DNA of 64,000 nt from Spizellomyces punctatus DAOM BR117 (Eukaryota): assembly GCA_000182565.2 (NCBI GenBank), contig KQ257450.1; one strand, written 5' to 3'. A program made the translations under genes and the position numbers. Under the pieces are notes generated by a model. That model was not told the origin of the DNA and made no database searches. It saw only the letters and a list, made by a program, of their open reading frames with translations. Position 1 is the stretch's first letter. Each line of letters begins with the position of its first letter. Of this stretch, positions 41,113 through 53,631 are shown one piece after another.

Positions 41113-43666
41113 GCGAATCAAGGTGCATGATGGTACCGCAAAAAGCACAAGGCAAAAAGAAGTTATGGGCAGCATGACTGAGGCACCCTGTTGGATCAGG
41201 CATGAAAGTACACAATATAGAATAACTGCAATCTTCATTCTCAACTGAACAACCAATACTACAATGATCGAAAAATTGCCTTTCCCCGATGGTGCAGTGT
41301 CCGGAAGGATGGTCGCATGTCGATTGTATCCAGTGTCCTAATGACAGATTTGGTTAGTAAAAGGCCACGCCAAGCGGGGGTGAGTGTGAACGACTCACAT
41401 TCGGGAAAGTTGCTTTTCGAGTGAAATGGGTCGCAGATCTCCAGCGACTAGGACGACACCCAGTATGCACAACAAGACGCTAAGCAGACATTCCCCCACA
41501 ATCTGACGAGCCATCTGCCTGTTAGGAATGTATCCTATTTGCCGAGCCCACTGTGAAAAGAACCTACATCGATCGGTAGTTGAGCCTCGTGTTTGCCAAT
41601 CACTTTTATATATGCCAAGTCTGTGAATGCAAGCAAAATGGTTAAAGAGGAATCCCCATTCAACCTCCCAAATGCTTTTTTCAGCCCCCACTACAGAAGC
41701 AGACCCTGCACACATGAACCGTGGCGTCCCAACAGCATCATGGTCCAGTGCAAACACAGCATTTCAACTGACAGCACTTCGCCAATCCACCCAACCCATA
41801 GGTAAGGACCACTTACGTTCGAACGCCGAGTAACCAGAATGTACGAGGAGAATTGCTCCAATCTACAAGAAGGCCAGGATCTTCAGTTGAATGAAAACAA
41901 ACATAGAATGGTCTAGTTCTGCATGTACCGCCAAATCAAACCTACCGTATAAAATAGGCGGCCAATCCACGACGTCATGCCGATGCTGTAGTGAGTTTAT
42001 TGAGCACGCTTTGCCAAAATGTACATGCAGCAAGATCCTAGCATTCGTGGTGAGAGTAACAGTAGCACACCGCGAATGCATATGGTCACGTGCCATTGAA
42101 ATGGGACGTCCATTGCATGACTGCAAATCGACCTTCTTGATTTCATACCGCCAGGCGATTGCCTTGTAGGTCTATAAACGATTACAACTGAGTGAAAATG
42201 CAATTATGGGAGATCACAAGGTTGATATAAAGGCTCTGTCCCTCCTATCAAATTGGATTGGACAATGCCATCGCGCATGAACTGGTAACAATTATTATTA
42301 GGGCTGACGGGGACTGGCGTCATATTTGTCGCTCCAGAGAAGGGACCCGTACGGCTTATGAGCCAGGACAACGATGAAAATAACCATCCCCGTCATGATA
42401 TAACGGCCTCAGGAGTTTGACACTCGGAAGATATGTCGTTAGTGTCCAACGACATGGCCACCAATGCATATGACGGCAGAAGAGTATGTCAGGCCCAGCA
42501 ATGATAAAGGTCTTGATAGACCTGCAGTATAATGGAGAATGCGAAAAACATTGTCACAATATTTCTGGAGGATGCTGCGAACGACCAGAGAGAGGCGAAG
42601 CGCGTGAAACTGGCCACGGGAGAAAGCATGACATTGGCGAAGGAAACACAAAGGAAGCAGGAGGGCAACGTGATAGTCAGGAGTCGGGAATTCAGATTTC
42701 GAGGCTAGGCACTGCATACACCAAGAGCCGTCATGGTCTCTCTTACAAATGAGGCTCAACATTGTCGGTAAGGTATATGATGTTTATTGGATACGAGCGG
42801 AGCACGATATGTTCCTTTCGGCATGTTCAGCATAAACGGCTCGTAACAACTGACCGATACGGTACAACTATGTATTCAAGTAACTTTGAGATGGGAACAA
42901 AACGGTTCTTCTAAGCACCAATCGTGCGTCAGCTACTTGCTCAAGAGGCATAATTTTTTGGGCATGGTTGAAAGGTGTTTTATCCCAATTTCTGGCTCCT
43001 AGCGTGCTGGATATCTACTGCGGGTCTTGCTACAGTAGTTGCTCTGGTAGCCAAGCCTATTAGCTGGGTGTGTCCGGCTTGTCATTGGACATACCCTGCG
43101 GGAGCAACAAGACACTGTTTATTGATGATGCCCGACTTTCGCTAAACGGTGCAAATGCAGCAATCTGCAGCAATTCCACATCTAGTATATATATCCAATA
43201 TGATCATCTCAAACGCAGATTGTCCTTTCATCGTCTCTGGCTTTCGACCGTACAAGTAGATCCACCTTGACCTGGCGATTGGATGGGAGACAAGTGGATC
43301 GGAACCGTGGTAAGGTTGATTACGTCATCCAAATCCTACAAATTCAACTCTCCACTGCGACGAGATGTAATGATCGTGCAAGCCTTCATTAGAAACCCAG
43401 TACGTATGTAGAGGGAACGAGCCTTCATTGGAGATTAATATGTATGTCGAGGGAGCCGTCTCATTGTATTGAGTGCCCTTTCCGCATCACTTGCCTTACA
43501 CATTTCTGGTTCGGTGACCTTTTACAGTGTCGTCACCGAATTGCTTTGTTGCATTTATCACTTATATACATATCTACCGGACTTGCTCAATCAGCAAGTT
43601 TCCATCTGAGCTCCTTCCTTCTTTCTATCTATCTCTCAGACACCGCGGAGAATCTTAACCAAAGAC

Positions 43667-46337
43667 ATGGACATTGCGGAAGCCCGGAGACTCGCAGACG
43701 CGGTGGCAGCAAAGTAAAAAATGAATGAACCTTTATCGTTCGTCCTGGTCACCACATTCGCTAAGTCATGTGAAACAGCTACCTCACCTGGCGGAGAGCA
43801 CGAGCAGCGAGAGGACAAGCGAATGCTGCTGCAGCAAGCACGGTACATCCGGCCAACTTTGTAGCCGGTCAACGTGACATGCTCGAACGGTAAGCGCATG
43901 ACTAGAGTGTCCGCTGTCCTGTTATCAACAGTTCATCACCATATCTAACAATATGACAGCCTGCAGTCTACAGCCAGACATGTCATGAAATATGATGATA
44001 TTGAACTCCAGGTTGATATACATATTAGCCAACCATGGCAACGTATATCCTTCAGTTGCTGACACTGGGCATTCACGTCTCAATAGGATATAGCTCGGAA
44101 TGAGATACCAATCGACCGATTACACGAGGAAGCACACAAATTGGTAGATGCAAATCCTGAAAGCGATTTCCATGATCATCTTGTGAAAGCACTCTTAAAA
44201 TGGTTCAAGAATGAGGTGGGTGCATCGGTCAGCTTAATCTGTGGCCAATTGGATATGCTATGGATTGACAAGCTCGATCCAGTATTTTGTTTGGGTGAAC
44301 GAACCACCGTGCGATTACTGCAAGGTAATGTTAATTGCTGAACGAGGTTCCTCTACATGCTCTAAATGTGTCTTATAGAGTCCTACAACGAGTGTCGGGG
44401 GAGCCGCGCCTACCGATGCAGAGCTCCGACATGGCGGAGGTCGGGTAGAACTTTATGTATGCACGTCTTGCCGCCGGCATACCCGCTTTCCACGCTACAA
44501 GTACGAATCTGGCAGTGTGCTCTTTATCGTGCTTCACACACTCTGACGTTTGTGAAGTGACCCAGTGAAGTTATGTGAGACCAGACGTGGCCGTTGTGGC
44601 GAGTGGGCGAATGTAAGGCATTTCGCACCGTATGTACAAGGCCCTGATAATGACTTGCATAACTAGGTGTTCTGTCTTTTTGCCAAAGCCATGGGATTTG
44701 AGACGCGGTACATTCTGGATTTTACGGATCATGTAAGTTCACGGTTTCAAGGTACCGTGTATTATGAACCTTATGCATTAATATCGGCCGCCAGGTCTGG
44801 ACAGAGATATATAATGAAAGGGAGAACCGCTGGAGTCGGTATTAGTATTGCTTAAGACTCAAGGGGGGATGACATTGCTCAAACTACTTTGCAGTAAACT
44901 GCGATTCATGTGAAGGAGAGCAATCCTATGATCAACCTTTGGTGTAAGTTACTCTTCTGTCGCGGCTATCTTGTGGTTTTTCATGATTAATGGTGTTGGC
45001 AGATATGAAGCGGGCTGGGGAAAGAAGCTGAACTACATCTTTGCCTTTGGCAGCCATGAAGTGGTGGATGTAATTCACAGATATACGCGCAACTTTGGGG
45101 AGGTGCAGACACGGCGAACTATGGTTAGCGAAGACTGGCTGGAGAAGGTAATCATGGGACGAGGAATTTCGGCGAGCCTTTTTGACCATCATATTTCGAA
45201 TTAGACGATTCGCGACATGACAGCCCGGAAAAGAGCCGATTTACCTCCAAGTGTTCGGGCAGAGCTGGAGGAACGTGATAAGACGGAACAAAGCCAGTTG
45301 AAAACCAATTTCCAACGATCAGCACATTCAGAGGAGCTGGTTCCGCGACAATCAGGTTCACTTGAATGGCGTGCGGCAAGAGGAGAATTAGGGAGTGGCG
45401 GAAATCAGAGCACTGTCAAACCACAGCAAGGTATCTTCAGATCTGTTGGAGACTTTATATATGATCATTTCTTAACAAATGACAATAGGGGAGAATGTTG
45501 TCTTCAAGCTGGGGGATACATCTGCTGATTTTGTATTGTCAGGTAAGGAAAAATCAACCTGTGTCGGCATGGTGCGACTCCTGATCGCCATTATGGCAAA
45601 CAGGAGCGGCGAAGAAAACAGGTCAATTGGTTGAGCTTACTCCAGCTCAGCCAGACAAGATTGGCAGTGTCTTTGCATCAAAGAAAATCGATCTCGGAGC
45701 GCCTTGCATCGTTGACTTTACCTTTCGCATTTCAAACAAGGATGGACGTTCGGCGGAGGGCTGTGGTGATGGGTTTGCTTTTGTCATTCAGTCGCATGCC
45801 TCGAGTGCTTGTGGCGCTTCCAATGTCGGCGGTTCTGGGTTGGGTTATGAAGGGATTCCTCATTCAGTTGCCGTTGAATTCGACACGTATGCCAATGGTA
45901 ATCGCGGCGACCCGAATGGGAATCACATCAGGTATGTTCGACATGCACAACGCTATATAGTGGATGCTTGCAATTCCTCATCGATTCAGTATAGTGTGCA
46001 AACACGAGGAAATTTACCGAACAGTGCACACCATGATTATTCCAAAGGTCTTGCTACCCGTCTACCGCCATTTAACAATGGGACCAACTACCATTGTCAG
46101 ATTATATGGATGCCATCTGAAAAGTCTTTACAGGTGCTTCTAACCGATAGGAGTGATGCAGCTGAGGATGTAGGAACAGATTTTGAGAGAATATTGACAG
46201 TAAAAGACATAGATTTGATTGAGATTTGCGGTAGTCCGTTGGCTTGGGTTGGTTTTACTGCTGCCACGGGTGGGCTCTGTCAACGGCATGAGATTTCTAG
46301 ATGGTGTGTTTGGCAAGGAGGCAAATCTGACCCCTGA
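43667..46337 (+). CDS. PNG1: Peptide:N-glycanase (PNG1/NGLY1) with C-terminal legume-type (L-type) lectin domain (spliced)
   Basis: LLKWFKNE|YFVWVNEPPCDYC, RVELYVCTSC...RFPRYN, TRRGRCGEWAN, DFTDH|VWTE, CDSCE, YEAGWGKKLNYIFAF, PRQSGSLEWRAARGE. Then GDGFAFVIQ, GGSGLGY, VAVEFDTYAN, WVGFTAATGG. Confidence 0.9.
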
Positions 46338-46515
46338 ATAAAGAGCACTTTCGGAGCATTTCATGTCTTTGTTAAGGATCCATACCCTGTGTTGATCCCC
46401 AAATTTAGATCCGCATGTGATTTTTGTCCTCTACGGTGAATAAGCATTCCAAGTCCAACGTTTTGTTGCGAGGTCGGAACGCTAACGTTCTCAGTTTGGC
46501 TGTGAGATAGCCAAG

Positions 46516-49500
46516 ATGGTAAGTGATCCATGGCTCCTTCGCTCTCTTTGTGAATCAAGCTGCTTTCCCTCGTCTCTGACACTCCCTGGTAATCTCACAA
46601 ATCACAACAGAGTCAGGTATCTGAAAAGACCCGGTAAGAGATCGAACGACATTGTTCATTGGAAAGTCTCCTCGCTGACAATGCTAGTATCTTAGACAAG
46701 TCATTGCAAAATACGACCGGGATGGAGATGGATACTGGACAGAGGATGACTTTAGAGAGGTTCGGAGTGAGCTTTCTACCACGAGGTCACTTGCGACACC
46801 GCGCTGACTTTTTTTGCTCCTCTCTCTTTTGAATGCGAATCACTAGTTTATGAGGGATATGGGGCATGGTGATATCGGCGCAAGTCGGATGCATGCCTCG
46901 TTCCAGTATCTCGATACGTCAAAGTTGGGAAAGATTGATGCTGTGATGTTTGAAAAGTATGTGTGTGTGTGCTTGCCTTTGGGAAGAGATTTCTTTGTTG
47001 CATTGGACAGGAAATGAAAAACTGCTACGAATACTGGACATTTGCTAATGATCCCATCAAATTAGGGGAATCAATCTCTTGTACGAACGAGACTTTTACT
47101 TTGGCAAACCTCGCAGTGATGACGATCTAAGTTCGGTTCGACTAACTGTTCGGTCTCGTCGGTATCCTGTTATCGTGAAACCTGAAGTATGGGTTCTTCT
47201 TCTGGTGTGTGCCCAACCTCGTTGGATGAGATCTGACTCTTATGGAAAAAGGTGTCGGATCCTATGCTCCTCTATACTTTGGTGGAGAAAGTGGGTGAAG
47301 GGTCATTTGGGGAGATTTACAAATCGTACGTTGGGATATCCAAAGCACCATTTTTTTTTAGGAAGCGAGGCTGATGATTCGTTTTTTATAGCGTCTCAAA
47401 GCAGGATCCGCAACGGTTCGTCGCCTTAAAGATAATCGATCTGGAACAAACACAGGATGACTTGGAGGATCTGCTGTAATATCTTTTGACACCACGATCT
47501 TTTAAGATAACCTGCTTTGCTCAACTATTGGATGTTGGGATATAGGTATGAAGTGGACTTTCAAGCCAAGTGCTTTTCGCCACATCTTGCGCGGTATTTC
47601 GGATCCTGGCTTTGGCATAGCAAGCTTTATATCGCAATGGTAGGTCCAGTTGTACTTGCCCTATTTCGCATTATCATAAAATTGACAAGATAGCTATTAG
47701 GAATACTTGGGCGGAGGAACCGCTGCAGAATTGGTAAGTGCCTTACAATACTTGCAATGGAACTGACAGATCATCTCATTGACGTTGTGTCAAACAGATC
47801 AAGTTTGCAAAGCTATCAGAGGAGCAATGTTCATACATTCTTCGTGAGGTTCTGAAAGGATTGGATTACATGCATTCAGAGAAACGGATACACCGAGATA
47901 TCAAAGGTCGTTTCAATGGCTCGCTTTGGCGATTTTCTGACAACGGCCACTTACAGCACTTATTTGATACAGCTGAAAATATACTATTTGACAATAGCGG
48001 CTCGTTAAAGCTCGCGGATTTTGGGGTTGCTGGGCAGATTGCGCCGAATAGTACGTCGAGGTCTACTTTCGTTGGAACTCCGGTGAGTTTTGTCAAATAG
48101 GCAATTTTTTTTATCATAGCATTATTTTTGATTTTGTATCGGTAGCTCTATATGGCGCCAGAGATTATCAGAGGCGAGGAATATGGAGTTAAGGTTGGTT
48201 CTGGCTGAAATCAGGTAATCGAACATGATACAAACCTCACAAATGTTTTCTCCAGGTCGACATATGGAGTGTAGGAATTCTGGCGATTGAACTAGCAACC
48301 GGCGCCCCACCTCGATCACATCTACATCCGATGGACGTAAGTTTGCGTATTGAAAGGTCCGTTTCCCATTCCATATGCAAACGTCGACTTTGTTGCAGGT
48401 GTTATATGCAACTGTTTCCGAGGATGCCCCCATACTGAAAGGATCACAGTTTTCTCCCGAGTTTCGTGACTTTGTTAGCAAATGCTTGACCAAACAGTCT
48501 GCAGAGGTAAGGTATCAATTGGTACCTTTTCTTATGGCCCGCGTGCTCAATAGCGAAATATGTGTAGCGCCCATCAGCCCGGGACCTTCTCTCCCACCCT
48601 TTCACACAGAAAGAACGAGATAAGGTCGTTTTGAGAGATAATCTTGAAAACTATTGGAGGAAACGGAAGGAACTTGCTGGAATTGCAGCCAAGACGGTCA
48701 CGTAAGACAGTATGCTGTGTCAAGTATGCGATGTTGGAGTGGTATGATAATAGCTTTTGTTGTTCTTTTTCCTTTGCGTCGGTTGGGTAGCCGTGGCGAT
48801 GATTGGTGGCAGCAGTATAACAAGGTAATTTATTGAAAGTATGCCAAAGTTCCCAGTCAAGTATACGGAACCAACTAATTCCGTTCACTTGACGCCTCAA
48901 GTTCCAGAGTCCAAAACCATCGTCACCAGTCGGTCCACAGGTCTCGGCAGCCGCTAGAGCGTCAATCCGCGCGGATCTCGCCCATATTGATCCAACCGCA
49001 ACGTACGGGAAGAGATCAGCGACGCGGGTATCGGACGGTGCAATGATGGGGAAGAACGTGCCGCTAGGACGAGCTATGGGCGTCAATATGCGAGGTGTCC
49101 CAGGGGTCTCTATGGCAGTCATTGAGGCTGCGCAACACCGATTACGCCCGGTAACTACGGACATGGGGAGACCAAGATCAGATACTGTAGATGCTGGACG
49201 GGGACGACCGATGACCCCGGGAGGTGGGGCCTCACGGTCCAATCTGAGGGAACCAGGTGGTGGTCCTCCGGGTGGAATAGCATTGCCGGTACCAATCCAG
49301 CCTCCAAAATTTCAGAAATCCTCAGCGTCTTCACTAGAACCCTCGGCACCTCCTCTGCCGCTTGAATACCAACCCCATCCGAGGCCGGTCCAGCCCGTAG
49401 GGTACGCACCCAACATGCCATTGCTTGTTGTCCCTCCTGGCCCTCCTGGCCCTCCAATGGTCTCACGGTCCCCAAGTCCATCACCACAAGACTCTGCGTT

Positions 49501-51349
49501 TGTTTATTACACGCCATCACCACCTTCCCCAGCACCATACATGAGCAGTGCCCCATCTCCTAGTGCCTCACCGAGAATATCGTATGCAGAGTCATCATAC
49601 CGGCCGGCTTCCACCTTTGTACCCATTGAACCCCCTGCACTGATTCAAAGGCCCTCGTCGGCAGGTCCCCGAATGCATCCATCGCCCCTTCAATCCACTG
49701 TAGCTCAAAATCGACGTATCTCTGCGCCCCCAGGTCCTGTCCAACCACAGGGAGGTCACCGGCTGGGACCTCAACCCGCTGTACGTGGACAACTACCCGA
49801 CGGTGGGGCGTCCGAAGGGGTCATGCCCGGCCGAGACCGCTCAGCATCTACTTCCTCGTTTAATGCTCCTATTCAACCACCTCGATTGAGCACCGAGCCT
49901 CCCAAATTGAAGCCAGGCGGTCGACCAATCTCTACCATATCCGATCTACGTGAAGTAGATTTGTCAGATACATTCAAAAAGATCGTTCCAACGTCTTTGC
50001 AACATGCGCTCTCGTTTGATTCACAAGAGCGCACTCTTGGATTCCTCGGAGTTCTCGATGAGTTGTATTGTACTGAATTGCGTTACATGGAGACTCTCCA
50101 ATCCATTATGGAGGTCTATGTGCGACCGTTGATTGCCCCACCAAAGGGCAAAAGTCAGGTCTTGAAGGAAGATCAGATAAAGACGATTTTTGCAAACTTG
50201 AGTCCACTGCATTTATTTAGTGTGCAGTGGCAGAATGAGGTGAAAGGGGCTATGGAGATGGCCAATGCGGGCAATGTGGTCGAGTATTTGATGAAAGCCC
50301 TGGATGCTTTGGTCAGTTCAATTTTGTGAATATCAGTAAAAAACGAGGGCACCTGGTTTAACCTTCTTCACCTGTGCTGTACAGACCCCAACGCTTCAAC
50401 AGCTGTACACGCAATACGCTGACAATTTCTGCGCTGCAATGTGGGAAATTCAAAAGTGCTTGCGTGAGAGCTCCAAATTCCGAGACTTTGCGACGCATGC
50501 ACAGCTCGATAAGCAATGCGGCGGACGGTCTCTGTACGAGTTGATGAAGGCACCTTTTGGACGGTTGACTCAATGCGTCATGCTATATGAAGGTTCACAT
50601 CCGATATGGCTAGCCGATATGGGTCTAATCGAGATTTTTACTGACTGTCAGCTTTGCAATAGAACTTGCGGAAGCAGGCCAAGTGCAAGAATTCTTGACG
50701 ACAGTTAGCTACATTTCAAAGTTGTCCGCTGACATGGCGGCAGCACAGGATAATTGGGAAAATCTGATCTCAATGTTGGTGCATATAGCCAACATCCCAC
50801 CTGCAGTATGTCTAGTGTCGCTTATTCGTTGTCAATATTTTTGTTAATTTTCATATGATGGCATTCCCCGTTCAAAGGTCATTCTCAAACGAGGTCAGCA
50901 TATCCTTATTGAGGAGACAGTTGACAAGGTCAAGATAAACTCCAACGGCTCCGTAACCTCCCGCAAACCCGTTCGACTATATCTCCTCAAAGATGTTTTC
51001 ATTGTGACAAAAGTTTTAAAGGACGCTCATGAACCTGTGGATTTGGCGTTCTTGTTAAATCCGAGCAAAAATGTGAAGCTTCCTAAACCCACATTGCAAT
51101 ATCGGACACTGCAGTTGAGGGATTTTGTCAAGGCGGATGTAATTGCTGGGAAAGATGGTTAGAAATGAGCGATGAGGACTTTGTCGTCGTTTGCTGTGCA
51201 TCTCATGCTATGCATTTCTAGGTGATCGCGGAACAAGCATGTTTAGTGTTACGGTGACGTTGAAGAAGGGCAAGACATATCACTTCTCCGCCTCGTCAGT
51301 AGCAGCAAGGGATCGATGGATTGAGTCTTTGAATCCTGAGCCAGTATGA
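46516..51349 (+). CDS. EF-hand pair + STE20-family Ser/Thr kinase + Pro-rich linker + RhoGEF (DH) + PH protein (many introns)
   Basis: EF1 YDRDGDGYWTEDDF, EF2 LDTSKLGKIDAVMF. Kinase VGEGSFGEIY, VALKIIDLE, IHRDIKAENIL, LADFGVAGQ, RSTFVGTPLYMAPE, DIWSVG. DH ELYCTELRYMETL...IFANL...LYELMKAPFGRL. PH ending TYHFSASSVAARDRWIESL. Confidence 0.8.
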
Positions 51350-51528
51350 GATGGATGATGACCGTTGGAAAAAGACTCGAATTGGCGTGATGGGGGAATG
51401 GCCTTTTTTTTACGTACCGATAATTGCCCAATACACACATAGTTTGCTGTACATTGTTTCCTTTCCCCAATACGTTCCTCCTCGTGAAATAAGCAATCAG
51501 CAGCAAACGTATTCCGCATCACAGCAAC

Positions 51529-52092
51529 ATGAGCCGGCCTGACGAGAGTCCACTTGATGCCATGCTGGATCCCCAAAAAAATCCTGACGCTCCACTTCCA
51601 CCTCTGGATATCGTCGCACCCGTTTTGGGCGTCCCAGCTCCTTCGAGGGACAGACCTCCGCCGCTATCGGGCTCTCTCATCTATTTCGAGATCCCATGTC
51701 AACATGTTTCTCGAGCCAAAGCTTTTTACAAGTTGCTCTTTGATTGGTCGTACCAAAAGACGCCAGAGTATTCTGAATGGGACTACCTCTTGATCAACCG
51801 AGACAAGAAACACCTCCATCCTGTTTTTGGAGCATTCAAGAAGGTGGATGCACCCATTGCAGGGGCCGAAGGCACTGGCAAAGACGTGGAAGGGCCAATG
51901 CTTCACTTTTACGTGGATAATATTGAAAAGGCATGCGAGGAGGCGGTCAAGGTGGATGGGAGCGTTGTGAGGCCAAAGTTCAAGTTTGGGTGGGAGCAGG
52001 ATATCATTGGATATTGTGCCTGGTTGAGGGATACTGAAGGGAATAAGTTTGCTATATATGAGGTCGAGCCGCACGGCCCCGTCGAGGAGTAA
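51529..52092 (+). CDS. VOC/glyoxalase-bleomycin resistance family protein (intronless)
   Basis: GSLIYFEIPCQHVSRAKAFYKLLFDW, PMLHFYVDNIEKA...GSVV, GYCAWLRDTEGNKFAIYE. Confidence 0.85.
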   Translation: MSRPDESPLDAMLDPQKNPDAPLPPLDIVAPVLGVPAPSRDRPPPLSGSLIYFEIPCQHVSRAKAFYKLLFDWSYQKTPEYSEWDYLLINRDKKHLHPVFGAFKKVDAPIAGAEGTGKDVEGPMLHFYVDNIEKACEEAVKVDGSVVRPKFKFGWEQDIIGYCAWLRDTEGNKFAIYEVEPHGPVEE

Positions 52093-52513
52093 CGTATGAT
52101 GGGTAGCAATCTTTAGATGAGGTCCTGTTTGGCATTTTGTAACATGGCATACATCACTTTAGTTTGTTCATGTCCATTTCCTGCCATTCTTGCTATTACC
52201 TAGAGCTCTTGTCTTTCACGACCGACCGGCGAGCTGTGATAAAGACCATATGGGACGATGACTACCTCGCAACAAGGAATCAAGTCTGTGGTCTGTGCGT
52301 ATTCACAATGAAATTCACACTCTTGCTACATGTTGCAATGTTTCCCATAACTACTGCCGTACTTTTGAGTACTGAAAGACCAGAACCAAAAATGAATTGC
52401 TTCCTCTCCTTCAAGAGCGACCTGAACAAAAAGACCACTCTTCCCCTCGTCCAAATAGACGCCGTAGAGGACTTGAGTACCAGACTCAATTATGTACAAT
52501 TTAGTGTTCTGCA

Positions 52514-52828
52514 TCATTTGTTTGAGCCTACACCTTCAACGTTTATTGCCTTCTCCACAAGCGCCGGGTCGACTGACGCTTCAGGAACAGAGCATGCCGA
52601 TTTCTTTGGGCGGCCAATTCGCTTTTTTGGAGCGGCAGTTCCTGTCTCTTTGTACCTCTGGATGGTTGCCAAGATGGTACTCTTGGAAATACCAAATTCC
52701 TGACTGATGCGACGAGAGCTAGCCCCCATCTTGTGAGCGCCGATAATCTGCCATCGTACACTGTTGGGTAGCTCGGAGCGAGTTTTCGAACGAGCCAAAG
52801 CAGATTTAGGCTCTTCAATGGTCTGCAT
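52514..52828 (-). mobile_element. Tc1/mariner (IS630-like) transposase N-terminal HTH fragment, no catalytic domain
   Basis: RSELPNSVRWQIIGAHKMGASSRRISQEFGISKSTILATIQRYKETGTAAPKKRIGRPKK: paired-like HTH plus GRPR-type AT-hook. No DDE domain follows and no TIRs were seen. Confidence 0.6.
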
Positions 52829-53631
52829 TTGGAATATCGACTGTCAAATCAATGGGTATCTACGCAAGAGCGTTTTGTCATGTTTTGTCTTGCAAGGAAG
52901 GAAGAGCCCTGGACGACGGGATGACCTGAAGAGTCTACTCGACGTAACCTTACAGCTGCGCGATACAGTCACGTTTATCAAAGGCACAGTCACACTGAGC
53001 ATTCTGCATGTACGTTGGTCACTTGCCAATCGTCGCATGCCTTACCATAAAACCAGCCGCAGCATCATCACCCCATGCAGTGCTCTCTGCTCCCACCCTG
53101 TTCAACCAAGCAAATGTTCGACAAGCATCATCCTGTGGTAAATCAACGCCATGCCATGGTCGAACATTCTTGAACAGGCAGATTGAAATTTATTCGTCAC
53201 ATCAACTTGTCCGAAATGTCCGACCCACGTGCTTATGGTTTGTTCCGGAGTGACTGTAAAGACAACAATTGGAATGCATTCCAATGCCATGTACAAATCA
53301 CATGCGAAACACAGATATGCGAAATACGTCATCGTTACCTCTGATGGATACATTTCCATGGGCGCAGTTGAACCAATCGCCCCGTTTTCACAAGTTTTTT
53401 TGTCCCATCCTCCTATCCTTTTTAATTTCTCCTTTTTGAGAGTAATTAACCATGGATCCACCCAAATGACTCATCCTTCGTTGAAATCATTTTGGGATTT
53501 TCCCACGCGCGAGATTTTAAACCCTTTTGGTTGAAGGGGAGGAGGAAGGGCAGCAAGCTTCCGTTGTCTTTCGTTTTCAACTTTTTTCTACAAGGACCTT
53601 CCCTCGTTGCGAACCTTTTGAAAATCCTGCG

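Noticed and set aside
41250-43600. Longest gene-free stretch (about 2.4 kb) with several short ORFs
   Set aside because: No domain, repeat or terminal-repeat structure recognised. Could be a decayed element but this is unsupported.
35099-46337. UBX adaptor and PNGase near each other as a possible Cdc48/ERAD cluster
   Set aside because: They are separated by unrelated genes, and chance proximity in a dense genome is sufficient.
46958-46971. Short microsatellites: (TG)n here, (CT)n near 21415, (GGAT)n near 26783
   Set aside because: Short intronic simple repeats, unremarkable.
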